A stretch of DNA of 63,244 nt, the filler included, from Stramenopiles sp. TOSAG23-3 (Eukaryota), in the NCBI GenBank assembly GCA_900128585.1. It is 4 parts of 4 records of this genome, joined end to end, with 100 filler letters (N's around TTAATTAATTAA, not from the genome) between each part and the next. Parts side by side here need not be neighbours in the genome. Positions count along the whole stretch, not along the records: positions 1 to 15,764 come from LT642511.1; positions 15,865 to 31,624 come from LT642512.1; 2 more parts are not named here. One strand, given 5' to 3'. Positions 10,505 to 19,996 of this stretch are shown here, piece after piece (the first letter of the stretch is position 1; the number at the start of each line of letters is the position of its first letter). A program made the position numbers and the translations under genes. The notes beneath the pieces are model-generated. The model was not told where the DNA came from and ran no database searches. It saw nothing but the letters and a program-made list of their open reading frames with translations.

Positions 10505-12172
10505 ATGGTGTTCGAAACGAAAGACGCAAAGGCCCCGGGGACCAAGCAGGGCGGTGCCGAATACATTGTCACCATCATGCTGACTCTCATGGGTGTACTA
10601 ATTGTGCTGTGGTGGATTCCTCCGCTGCTCATGTTGATTTATGCCGGGGCCAACTCGCGGTGGTCGATTGTCTTCGCGCTGGTGACATTCTTCTACTGGC
10701 AGTTGAACCAAACTAGTAAGGGCTCGCTGGCGCAGCGGCACACGTTCCTTGCGGCGACGCTTGCCTTTTCGCGCCTGTACCTAGTGCCGTTGCTGTTGAT
10801 TTACCTAGCGTGCAAGGAGAACAACTACCGGATCGGGCTCTCCAGTTTGTACGTCCTGTGCATCATGGCTATCAACACGTACGCTGCCGGATGCAAGACC
10901 GAGTTCAGCCCGGGGGACAAGAACCTGCGAATTCTGCTGGCCGGCGACAGTTTTTGGCCAAAAGTCGACGGGGTCGCGACCTTTACGGAGCACTCGATCA
11001 AGCAGTTGGTAAAGAACGGGCACAAAGTGCACGTTCTGACCTCTAGGACATCGATACCGATTCTGTTCGGGGCAGACGTCACGCGTTTGCCGGGAGTAGA
11101 GCCGGAAATGTGCCCAGACCACAGCGCTTCGATCCCGGTCCCTGTAAAATGCATCGGAACTTTGCGACAATTCAAGCCCCACGCAGTGCATTTGTTTGAC
11201 CCCAGCGTGTTTAGTATCCTGATGATAGTGTATTGCTACGTGCTTGGCGTCCCTGTATCCATGTCGCACCACACTAGAATCGACCTGTACACGGCAGTGG
11301 CCGCCCCCTGGGCGCCAGACAGCGTCGCCCAAGGGCTTCTGTACCTGCTACGGTCCATGTACTTTGCGCTGTGCGGGGCGCACCTCCCCGTGTGCCGGCC
11401 CATCCTGAAGCAGCTGCAAGAGGCCGGCTGCAAGGACGTTCGTCTCTGGGTCAGTGGCGTCGCAGTGGGAACGTACAAGCCCGACTGGTACAGCGACGAA
11501 AGGCGAAATGTCCTCTCGAGAGGAAGGCCGGACCTGCCCCTCGTGCTTCACGTCGGCCGGATCACGTACGAAAAAGACATTTACGACTTGGCGGACACCA
11601 TCGAGAAGTTTCACGAGAAATATGGGGACAACGTTGCAAGGTTTTGTGTGATTGGCGATGGCCCGTGTAGACTAGAGCTTCAAGAAAGGCTGAAAGGAAA
11701 GGCCTTGTTCACTGGGTTCCAGAGAGGAAAAGACTTGTACAGCGCGTACGCAAGCTCGGATATGTTCATATCCTCGTGCACCACCGAGGGGTTTCCGCTG
11801 GTGTACCTCGAGGCGATGGCCAGCGGGCTGTCCGTGTGTGGCCCTCGGGCCGGGGGCGTGCAGGACACGTTCACCAGCGGCGTGGAGGGCGTAATGTACC
11901 CCCCCCACGACACCGCCCGGGCGGCTGACGCCCTCCACGCCGTCCTCTCCGCCGGGAAACCGATGCGGGAGGCGGCGAGAAAACGGGCGCTTACCTTTAC
12001 CTGGGTAAGGTGCATCGACGAGCTTTACAGAACAATTCACGATGTGTCCAGGGAGGGAAGCAAGCAGTTCTCTTTCAAACGGTTCGTTGGTGTTGTGATA
12101 GCGACGCTGTACCAGTACATGTTTGGGGCTCGCCACGGCGCGCAGAAACCATTGACCGATTTGTTGTTTTAA
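10505..12172 (+). CDS. GT4 family glycosyltransferase (SQD2/MgtA/PimA-like) with N-terminal transmembrane helices
   Basis: RILLAGDSFWPKVDGVA, VGRITYEK, E-x7-E motif EGFPLVYLEAMASG. About 4 hydrophobic N-terminal segments. Confidence 0.88.
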   Translation: MVFETKDAKAPGTKQGGAEYIVTIMLTLMGVLIVLWWIPPLLMLIYAGANSRWSIVFALVTFFYWQLNQTSKGSLAQRHTFLAATLAFSRLYLVPLLLIYLACKENNYRIGLSSLYVLCIMAINTYAAGCKTEFSPGDKNLRILLAGDSFWPKVDGVATFTEHSIKQLVKNGHKVHVLTSRTSIPILFGADVTRLPGVEPEMCPDHSASIPVPVKCIGTLRQFKPHAVHLFDPSVFSILMIVYCYVLGVPVSMSHHTRIDLYTAVAAPWAPDSVAQGLLYLLRSMYFALCGAHLPVCRPILKQLQEAGCKDVRLWVSGVAVGTYKPDWYSDERRNVLSRGRPDLPLVLHVGRITYEKDIYDLADTIEKFHEKYGDNVARFCVIGDGPCRLELQERLKGKALFTGFQRGKDLYSAYASSDMFISSCTTEGFPLVYLEAMASGLSVCGPRAGGVQDTFTSGVEGVMYPPHDTARAADALHAVLSAGKPMREAARKRALTFTWVRCIDELYRTIHDVSREGSKQFSFKRFVGVVIATLYQYMFGARHGAQKPLTDLLF

Positions 12173-12413
12173 AAAACCAGGGGAGAGATACGCACGCGTG
12201 TGCGTATGTTTTTGTTCAATAATAAGAATGTGTGTAATAAAAAAATATACAATTACAAAAATATTACATGAAATCTGGAAAAAATGGTTTAAAACATAGT
12301 GCGGATGAGGAAGTTGATTATGGGTCATGTGGAAGCAGTGTTAACCCATATACTGGATTCAGACCATAAATGGAGTACATCTGAGAATGATAGTCAAGGC
12401 TAAGTGACAAGGG

Positions 12414-12563
12414 TATATCGATTAGTAAGACCAAAATAGCAAAGATAAGTTCGCAGTTCATGAAGGAATGCAAACCTAGAATGTCTAAATCTAGATTTCA
12501 ATTCGCAGTACATTGATTTTAATTATGCATACTTAAATAACAGCCAATTTTCTTGTTTTAAAA
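12414..12563 (+). repeat. Dispersed intergenic element, copy 2
   Basis: TATATCGATTAGTAAGACCAAAATAGCAAAGATAAGTTCGCAGTTCATGAAGGAATGCAAAC aligns with 46758-46819. Contains the exact 29-mer core at 12531-12559. Confidence 0.9.
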
Positions 12564-12687
12564 TATAGTACATAAGGCGAATATGATACTTCGCACGAAC
12601 ACTTCAAAATGCACTCGTAAAAACCGTCTCTCCCTCTCGTAACCCGCGTGATTTGCCATTTGTAACATTTTACGAAATGTTCACGAA

Positions 12688-14511
12688 TTACCCACTCCCC
12701 GTTACCAGCTGGTAGACAATTGCGCTCGTGCACACGATCGACATAATTATCCCCACCACCATTAGTGTGGCAGACAAGAATCCGGTAAGCGAGGACGTGC
12801 ACGATTCCTTCCTAATCTTCAAGTAAAACAGCGGGGGCAATATGTAAACCATGAGGCACCCTGTGATCGCCCCCGTAAGGCCGAAAGCGGTCTTGATCTG
12901 CGGGACAAAGTATGACACCGTAAATGCGCAACCGATAATCAGAAACGTTTCCATTCGAAAATAGAACGCACCGCCGAAATGCTTGAGGCTCTCGGGCAAG
13001 GCATCTTTTAAAAGGGCGTGCAAGCACATGCGGCACGGGAACAAAATGAGGGGGTAGGACACTACCAAACACATGACCATGGCAACACGGCACGTGTTGA
13101 AGAGAACGGTGTTGGTCCAGTTCAAATTAATGTAGTTGAGCAGAATGTCGTCCTCGACGATGTTCCCAAACCTCATGTACCCGAGCATCCCCATGATCAG
13201 GTACAGCGTGGTGGACAGCCCCGTGCTCCCGGCGACCATCGATTTCACCCGCTTCCTCGTCGGGTTCTCTAGCTCTTCGACGGTCGCGTGGATGTTTGGG
13301 TGGTTCAGGTACGCCAAGCAAACGATCGGCAGCGCAAAGAAAATGCTCATGTCGACGACGAACAGCTTGGCCCCGCCTTTCTCCCCCGGCAACGGGATCG
13401 TCGGGTGTGGTTCCACCAGGTGGCGTATGGAGTCCTGGGCGACCATCGACACGGCGTATAGCACGGAGATAAGGCCCAGGATACTGGCAAAGGCCAGGCT
13501 CTTCATGTTCTTCTTCAGGCTCAACGGGATCATGGGGAAGAACAAGAAGCACAGAACTATAAAATTGCGGTTGCACCAGAACGGGAGGCCTTGGGTCGAC
13601 GCGCACTGGGACGTGAGCTGGACGGGGCTAGTCCCGTTCCCCCCCGGGCCGAACGGGGTGGAGCCGTTCGAGAGCCCCTGGTAACCCTGGTTGTGGGGGT
13701 GGACCGGCAAGTACCCTTGGCCGTGCGGGCCTAGGTTGCTGGGCTTGCCCGAGTGGCTCTTCTTGTTGAACGGGTTTTCGAGCACCATGCCCACCAAAAA
13801 TTGGCACGAAAGGCTGCCTATGATGATCAGGTAGACCGTAAGGGCCCCGAACGTCAGCATGAACATGGCCGTCTGCACCAGCTTGGTGCCCCGGTGGCCA
13901 TAGGCCACCTCCGCAGTCGTCAAGTAGCTGGTGCAGCCCTTTTCTATCTGCGCGAGCTTTGCGAGCAAGTTCAGGGAGTAGCTCGACATGAGGGCGACGA
14001 TTACCAACAAAATGCTGCCCAGCACGAGGCCTGTCGACCGGTAAAAAAATGGAAGCGACAGGGTCCCCGCCCCCACCGACGTGTTCGCCAAGTTGAACAC
14101 ACTCTTCAGCCAGGTCAAGGGCTGCGACTTTTCCTCGGCCCCGTCGTCCCCCGCCGCGCCGCCTTCCTCTAGCAGCTGCGATCGCCCAGGCCCGTCGCCT
14201 TCTTTTCGCCTTGCCGGGTCGTGGAGCCTGAGGCTGGGGCTGCTGTTCACGGAGTTCCGCCCGTCCTCGCTCCCGTCCATAGAAAACTCCTCGTTCGTGA
14301 CGGACATGCCCCTTGTTCTCAAAATAGAGGTGAACGGGTCGTCCTGCGGCATCGCCGTCCTCCTGTGCCGATCCCCCGCCAGCCGGTGGTAGTACTGGTG
14401 TCTAAAGTTCATGTCGCTGTTCCGTGGGCTGTAGTGGCGCGAGCCCAAGAGACGGTCCGGCGACAGGGCCGGGTCGTCCGGTGCAAAAATACCATTGTCG
14501 TTCCAAGACAT
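12688..14511 (-). CDS. Amino acid transporter, SLC38/AAAP family
   Basis: SVFNLANTSVGAGTLSLP, PIVCLAYLNHPNI, GYMRFG, SYPLILFPCR, GLTGA...YILPPLFY. About 11 TM segments. Confidence 0.92.
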   Translation of the reverse strand: MSWNDNGIFAPDDPALSPDRLLGSRHYSPRNSDMNFRHQYYHRLAGDRHRRTAMPQDDPFTSILRTRGMSVTNEEFSMDGSEDGRNSVNSSPSLRLHDPARRKEGDGPGRSQLLEEGGAAGDDGAEEKSQPLTWLKSVFNLANTSVGAGTLSLPFFYRSTGLVLGSILLVIVALMSSYSLNLLAKLAQIEKGCTSYLTTAEVAYGHRGTKLVQTAMFMLTFGALTVYLIIIGSLSCQFLVGMVLENPFNKKSHSGKPSNLGPHGQGYLPVHPHNQGYQGLSNGSTPFGPGGNGTSPVQLTSQCASTQGLPFWCNRNFIVLCFLFFPMIPLSLKKNMKSLAFASILGLISVLYAVSMVAQDSIRHLVEPHPTIPLPGEKGGAKLFVVDMSIFFALPIVCLAYLNHPNIHATVEELENPTRKRVKSMVAGSTGLSTTLYLIMGMLGYMRFGNIVEDDILLNYINLNWTNTVLFNTCRVAMVMCLVVSYPLILFPCRMCLHALLKDALPESLKHFGGAFYFRMETFLIIGCAFTVSYFVPQIKTAFGLTGAITGCLMVYILPPLFYLKIRKESCTSSLTGFLSATLMVVGIIMSIVCTSAIVYQLVTGSG

Positions 14512-14794
14512 ATGGTGGTGGTGGTGGTGGTGGTGGAGGCGGTGGAGTGGGTCGGTCGGTGCGCGTTCGGTTGGCTACCTGTTCGTTCGTGTCGGTAACA
14601 AATTGACAAATACCTCTCAAAACAACAAATCGATCGATCGATTGATGCTTCTCTTTTTTTACAACTTACTTACCTACCTATCTCACTTCTGTGTTTTTCT
14701 TTTCATCCTTTACGAGTGAACATACATGTCATATAGAATTAAAAAATATGTGTAGAGATATAGTAGTAGTAATTGTTATTAAAATAAAAAAAAA

Positions 14795-15003
14795 TTCTTC
14801 TTCTTCTTCTTCTTCTTCTTCTTCTTCTTCTTTCTTCTTCTATTTCTTCTTCTTCTTTCTTCTTCTTTCTTCTTCTTTCTTCTTCTATTTCTTCTTTCTT
14901 CTTTCTTCTTTCTTCTTCCTTCTTCCTTCTTCTTCTTCTTCTTCTTCTTCTTCTTCTTCTTCTTCTTCTTCTTCTTCTTCTTCTTCTTCTTCCTTCTTCT
15001 TCT
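14795..15003. repeat. (TTC)n-type microsatellite
   Basis: Direct reading; source of spurious poly-Ser/Lys/Arg ORFs. Confidence 0.95.
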
Positions 15004-15155
15004 TGATCCAACCATCTCGATCACATCATCCAAACAGTACCCAGTGTGTTATATAATAATAGTCTAATAGTTCTAATAACTACGTATCCTCCAAGTGATT
15101 TTAATAAAATTCTCCTACATAATAGCCATTATATATACTTATTTTATTTTAAATC

Positions 15156-15187
<32 letters not shown>

Positions 15188-15600
15188 TGAGGAGAGAGCC
15201 ATAATTCGAGTTGTACACTGTACAGTACAGTCAAGAAGGCATTCGATTCCATTCCTTCCTCTTCTTCCTTCCTCTTCTTCCTTCCTTCCTACCTCTTCTT
15301 CCTTCCTTCCTTCCTCTTCTTCCTTCCTTCCTTCAATAGAAAAGAAAGAATAGAATACATAGGGCCCCTATTTAAACAGTCTTTTTCATCGTACTTATAA
15401 TACAATTTAATTAGTCCTAAGTCCTAATGACTTTTTTAAACATTTATTACTACTGAATTTGTATTATTTATATAGATAATTATGTTAAATATTTATTATA
15501 AAGACAATGCTCTTTTTAAATTTTATATAGTAGTTACTCTTTCTCTTACCTGTACTCTCCTTTTTGCTCTTTTTTAAAAAAACTTCATCATCATCATCAA

Positions 15601-15711
15601 AAAAGAAAAGAAAGAAAGAAAGAAAGAAAGAAATCTAAAAAAGAAAGAAAGAAAGAAATCTAAAAAAGAAAGAAAGAAATCTAAAAAAGAAAGAAAGAAA
15701 GAAATCTAAAA

Positions 15712-15763
<52 letters not shown>

Positions 15764-15764
15764 A
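15601..15764. repeat. (AAAG)n microsatellite at contig end
   Basis: Direct reading, with interspersed TCTAAAAAAG units; the contig breaks inside it. Confidence 0.95.
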
Positions 15765-15864
15765 NNNNNNNNNNNNNNNNNNNNNNNNNNNNNNNNNNNN
15801 NNNNNNNNTTAATTAATTAANNNNNNNNNNNNNNNNNNNNNNNNNNNNNNNNNNNNNNNNNNNN
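15765..15864. other. Artificial contig linker (N44-TTAATTAATTAA-N44)
   Basis: Exactly 100 bp; the 12-mer gives stops in all six frames; identical at three sites. Confidence 0.97.
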
Positions 15865-18800
15865 GAGAAGAATGGTGGTTCCATTTTAGTTTACTTAGTA
15901 GATGCTCGTTTGAACATATCCCATTGTGTCTTTTTCAATAATCATGCGAACAGTTATGGTAGTGGTGGTGCTATATATATACAGAATGGTCAGGGGTTAC
16001 CCTCGGATATCGTAACACTAACTGAACCAACCTTGTTTTTCTCTTCCGTAATATTTGAATCTAATACTGCTCCTATTTCAGGGGGTGGGGTGAGTTTAAG
16101 TGTAGGAGAGGGAATGTTTGAATGGAATACATTTAAGAAGAATGAAGCAGGAAGGGGTGGTGGAATGAGCATAGGTTTCGGTGCAGTATTAATTACGGAT
16201 TCCTCTTTTCAAAAGAATCAAGCACTAACGAGAGGAGGTGGTATTCATACCGAATCTTCTCATTACTTTAATCAAATAAATCTAACAAGAGTCCAATTCA
16301 TTGAAAATAAACAATATGGTCACGGTACAAACAGTTGGGATATTAATGGGTATGAGCGAGGTGGCGGTGGACTTTATTTAAGAGAAAAAGTGAAATTGGA
16401 TATTAGAGAATGCACGTTCATACGAAACGAAGCAACGATGAACGGGCAATCCGGAGTTTCTGCACCGCATCATGGGCATCAAATTATGACATACAAAGCT
16501 AGTCCTAAAATTCCCTCCATCGCAATCGTCAATACGCAGTTTACAGAACTTGGGGGGTCCAGTTATTCCTTCTACGGATACGATGACGGTAGTGATGCGT
16601 GGGTTACCAGCGACAACAAGCATGGCGTAGACCAATACATAAGCCCAGCTACCTGCAATTCCAACCCTTGCTCTGTTGCACCCTTTACGGGATCGTGCAC
16701 GCCCAGAAACAACCCTTTGCAGGGAACACTGTGCCAGGGTGGTTCTTGCCCTAGTGGACATTTTCTTGCTTCTGTGTCGGAGACACTGCTGCCGCCAATT
16801 TTTAGATGCACCGTGTGCCCAGCAGGAACGTTTACAAACGCAGCGCAGACGTCATGCAACCCCTGCACTGCTGGAACATACGGGCCGAATGAGGGCGCAA
16901 CAAACGCAAACCAATGCACCCCCTGCATCGCCGGAACATACGGTCCTCAATCGGGCGCAACGAACGCAACGCAATGCCTTCCGTGCGCTGCCGGAGCGAT
17001 CACGGCAGCGGAAGGACTCGATCAATGTGGTGTGTGCCCAGCAGGAAGGTTTACAAACGCAGCGCAAACAGCGTGTACCCCCTGCATCGCCGGAACGTAT
17101 GGCCCTCAAGCGGGTGCAACGGACGCATCGCAATGCCTTCCGTGCGCTGCCGGAGCGATCACGGCAGCGGAAGGTCTCTCTCAGTGCACTCCCTGCACCG
17201 CCGGAACGTTTGCAAACGCAGGGCAGACGGCATGCACCCCGTGTGCCGCTGGAATGTATGGCCCTCAACCGGGTGCAACGGACGCACTCCAATGCCTTCT
17301 ATGCCCTGCAGGACTATGGTCTGCTGCTTCAGCAGCTGCTTGCACGGACTGCCCCGCTGGGCGTCACCTTAGCGATCCGGGCACTGCGGCAAACCTGCAC
17401 GATAGCCTCGCCAAGTGTTCAATCTGCAAAACCGGAGAATGGTCCCTCGCAGCCGCGGCTGGCTGCACCGACTGCCCCGCGGGGCGCTACCTCGCCGACC
17501 CGGGCACGGCGGCAAACTTGCACGATAGCGTTGATAAATGTTTAGCCTGCCCCAGAGCCAAACTGTGCTTAGGAGGGAGTCAGTGCGCTCCGAACAGAGA
17601 AGGATTAGCATGCATGAACTGCAAAACTACATTCTTTGAGGCGTCCTCAGGCATCGAATGCATACCCTGCCCTGGTCCGGAATATGATATTTTGTTAGGG
17701 GTTATGTTGTTCGTTGGCTCGTGTTATGTTTTATACACATTACATGGTCTCTTTCAAAAAAGTGAGTTGGATCGAGACCGGCTGTATCGAGGGAAAAAGG
17801 ATGTAAACGAGCGGGACAAACATCGCCCTGACAAGGAGCCAATCAAGAAGCAAAAGAGTGCAATTAAGAGGAAAAAGAGTGAAATCAGAGGAGTGATACG
17901 ATCAGGTGCTGGCGCAAAGACTGGGGCTGAAAATTCCAGTACAGTCCTAAAAATCGGCACAACGGCAAGTCTGATCTTCTCTCACTGTGTTGTATATAGT
18001 TTTGTTTTGCCTCACTGCCCATTGCTTCACCTACCACATTGGCTTGTAACCACAGTGAAGACAATTATGAATTTTGTGACTGTAGACATGATAAATTTAG
18101 CATCTTCACCGGATTGTCAATTTAATTTCACCTTCCTTCAAAAGTATATTCTAACGGCCTGCTTGCCTCTTTTCGTTGCACTGATGACTGTGATTTGGTG
18201 GCTTGGTGCCCAATGCCTTGCAAAGTGTCGAAAGTGGAAGAATGAAAATGCAAAACCGTTTGATGGGAGACAGATTTTGGCAACTGTTTTCATTATCTCT
18301 CTGTCGTTTCTGTTCCCTGTCATGTTTCACAGAATCATTGTGCCATGGGACTGTACTACCCCAAATGACGGAGGCTACACATCGTGGGATGTTGACCCGA
18401 GCATTGCCTGCTCGTTGGAAGACCCTCAGTGGAGACCACTGTTTTGGGGTTCCATCGCTTTATTTTTGTTGTACATTGTGCTTCCAGCATTGGTTTTTTA
18501 CAAAAAAATTTTAAAATGGGAGATTTTTGTTTGTTGTGCGAAGGGTAGCGAGGGCCAACTGCCATCTCTTCCAACCCCGTATTGGCTTGACGAGAAACGT
18601 TGTCCGAATTTTGATGAGGAATCACGGCCCTGCAATAGAGTCGAGTGTGACGAGTGCACAAAGAGAAAAGTTTTTGGTCACACGTTCGAGAAGTTTCGCC
18701 GAAAACACTTTGCGTGGGAGTTTGCCATCCTGTCTCGTAAACTCTTCATCGCGGGAACAACTCTGTTCTTGTCAAATCGATTCGAGCTTCGATTGCCGGC

Positions 18801-19377
18801 CGAAATTTTGTGTAACACTGTATACTTTGTATGCCTGTTCCGATACCTTCCTTACTTGTCAGACCACGAAATAGATAAGCGACAAACATCTTTAGACGAA
18901 TACGAGGACGAAGACCGGGGCAGATGGACACGTTTTTGTTCTTGTTGCACATCAATGAAATCTTATAAAAATTTGAGCCAATCGCTTGATGGTTGTATCG
19001 GCATCAATAATGTTCTGGATTTATTGCTGACACTCGGAGAGCTTTGTTTAGGGGTGTCAACGTTTGGCACTCTCTCTACAATAGAGGAGGTGCGTACGTT
19101 AGGTTTGAACCAACGCATAGTGTACAGTGTCACGCATTATAACTTAACCGCGTTCAATACTTCTACGATACAGTACGATGAAATTGACGCATCAGTGTTG
19201 GCACAGTATTCCCCAACACAATATCTTATTTTTGGGATATTTGAATGGGTCGGATGCATAAGCCTTATGATCGGTGCGTTTTACTTTCTGCACCTTGCGC
19301 AAGAGTTGGTTAAAGAAAAACTAGAAAATAAGTTAAGAAAAAGAAAAGAAAAGACGAAGGTAACACCAACGAACTGA
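15865..19377 (+). CDS. 5'-partial surface/receptor-like protein: GGA(I/L) beta-helix (Pmp-like) repeats, Cys-rich GCC2/GCC3-like repeats, multi-TM C-terminal domain
   Basis: Frame open from contig start. F..N.A...GGAI/GGGI repeats, CxxCxAGTY repeats, then about 7-8 hydrophobic helices with the conserved FEKFRRKHFAWEFAILSRK motif. Confidence 0.85.
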   Translation, partial: EKNGGSILVYLVDARLNISHCVFFNNHANSYGSGGAIYIQNGQGLPSDIVTLTEPTLFFSSVIFESNTAPISGGGVSLSVGEGMFEWNTFKKNEAGRGGGMSIGFGAVLITDSSFQKNQALTRGGGIHTESSHYFNQINLTRVQFIENKQYGHGTNSWDINGYERGGGGLYLREKVKLDIRECTFIRNEATMNGQSGVSAPHHGHQIMTYKASPKIPSIAIVNTQFTELGGSSYSFYGYDDGSDAWVTSDNKHGVDQYISPATCNSNPCSVAPFTGSCTPRNNPLQGTLCQGGSCPSGHFLASVSETLLPPIFRCTVCPAGTFTNAAQTSCNPCTAGTYGPNEGATNANQCTPCIAGTYGPQSGATNATQCLPCAAGAITAAEGLDQCGVCPAGRFTNAAQTACTPCIAGTYGPQAGATDASQCLPCAAGAITAAEGLSQCTPCTAGTFANAGQTACTPCAAGMYGPQPGATDALQCLLCPAGLWSAASAAACTDCPAGRHLSDPGTAANLHDSLAKCSICKTGEWSLAAAAGCTDCPAGRYLADPGTAANLHDSVDKCLACPRAKLCLGGSQCAPNREGLACMNCKTTFFEASSGIECIPCPGPEYDILLGVMLFVGSCYVLYTLHGLFQKSELDRDRLYRGKKDVNERDKHRPDKEPIKKQKSAIKRKKSEIRGVIRSGAGAKTGAENSSTVLKIGTTASLIFSHCVVYSFVLPHCPLLHLPHWLVTTVKTIMNFVTVDMINLASSPDCQFNFTFLQKYILTACLPLFVALMTVIWWLGAQCLAKCRKWKNENAKPFDGRQILATVFIISLSFLFPVMFHRIIVPWDCTTPNDGGYTSWDVDPSIACSLEDPQWRPLFWGSIALFLLYIVLPALVFYKKILKWEIFVCCAKGSEGQLPSLPTPYWLDEKRCPNFDEESRPCNRVECDECTKRKVFGHTFEKFRRKHFAWEFAILSRKLFIAGTTLFLSNRFELRLPAEILCNTVYFVCLFRYLPYLSDHEIDKRQTSLDEYEDEDRGRWTRFCSCCTSMKSYKNLSQSLDGCIGINNVLDLLLTLGELCLGVSTFGTLSTIEEVRTLGLNQRIVYSVTHYNLTAFNTSTIQYDEIDASVLAQYSPTQYLIFGIFEWVGCISLMIGAFYFLHLAQELVKEKLENKLRKRKEKTKVTPTN
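16915..17529 (+). repeat. Intragenic tandem repeats (159-bp and 123-bp periods)
   Basis: Units start at 16915, 17074 and 17233 (53 aa each), and at 17341 and 17464 (41 aa each), with high nucleotide identity. Confidence 0.85.
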
Positions 19378-19444
19378 ATATATGATTAAAGAAGTAGTAC
19401 GCTTGATTTTTATTTGGTTTTCTATCTTGGTCAACCGGACTTAA

Positions 19445-19726
19445 TTCAATACGTCTGCGATAGAGTACGATGAAATTGGGGTTTCGCTGTTGGAACGGCA
19501 CGCCCCAGCACGATATACAATTTGGCTTCACTATGAGTCGAAGAAGGAGTACGAAGATGCGAAGAGCTTTGGGGTCTCGGACAGGGATGCGCAAGACTTT
19601 CGTGCCTTTCAGACCCTTGGGTTCAGTAAAGGAGATTCCTTCGAAAATTATTGCAAATGTGTCGAGGGGCAATTCGATTCCAAAGAGGAGTTTACAAAAG
19701 CGATCCACCTAAACGCTCCGTGGTGA
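19445..19726 (+). pseudogene. Start-less fragment of a paralog of the upstream membrane protein
   Basis: FNTSAIEYDEIGVSLLERHAPARYTIW matches FNTSTIQYDEIDASVLAQYSPTQYLIF at 19153-19233. Preceded directly by an in-frame TAA. Confidence 0.6.
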
Positions 19727-19996
19727 AGATTGTAGTAAAATGAATTAATATTTCTTTTGTTATGGTATTGTTTTTAGTCACCATTTTAGTCACCAACGGA
19801 AGGCACAAAAATGTACGTCCTCATTCACTACATTTACTCTACCATCTTCTTTCAACCCCTTAACGGTAAATTCTAAACCATTGAAGCTTCCAGCATCACC
19901 GACTGCAACTTTTGGGAGTTCTTTCATTTCCTTAATTGTCTTTGTTTGTAAATCCGGCAATCACCTCAACCATTTTATTTTATATATTTAGGAAGA

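Noticed and set aside
12301-12386. Possible C/D box snoRNA (GGATGA...CTGA)
   Set aside because: The C box is imperfect, and I found no terminal stem or recognisable rRNA guide sequence.
14691-15056. Poly-Ser/Arg/Lys/Phe ORFs here and at 1667-1867, 25021-25228, 51484-51678 and 53376-53713
   Set aside because: They are translations of microsatellites.
15809-15820. Palindromic TTAATTAATTAA recurring every ~15.8 kb (also 31669 and 47481), suggesting periodic elements or nanochromosomes
   Set aside because: It is always embedded in N44 flanks totalling 100 bp, and the segment lengths 15764, 15760, 15712 and 15708 descend. This is a concatenation linker for size-sorted contigs. There are no telomeric repeats and genes are cut at the ends.
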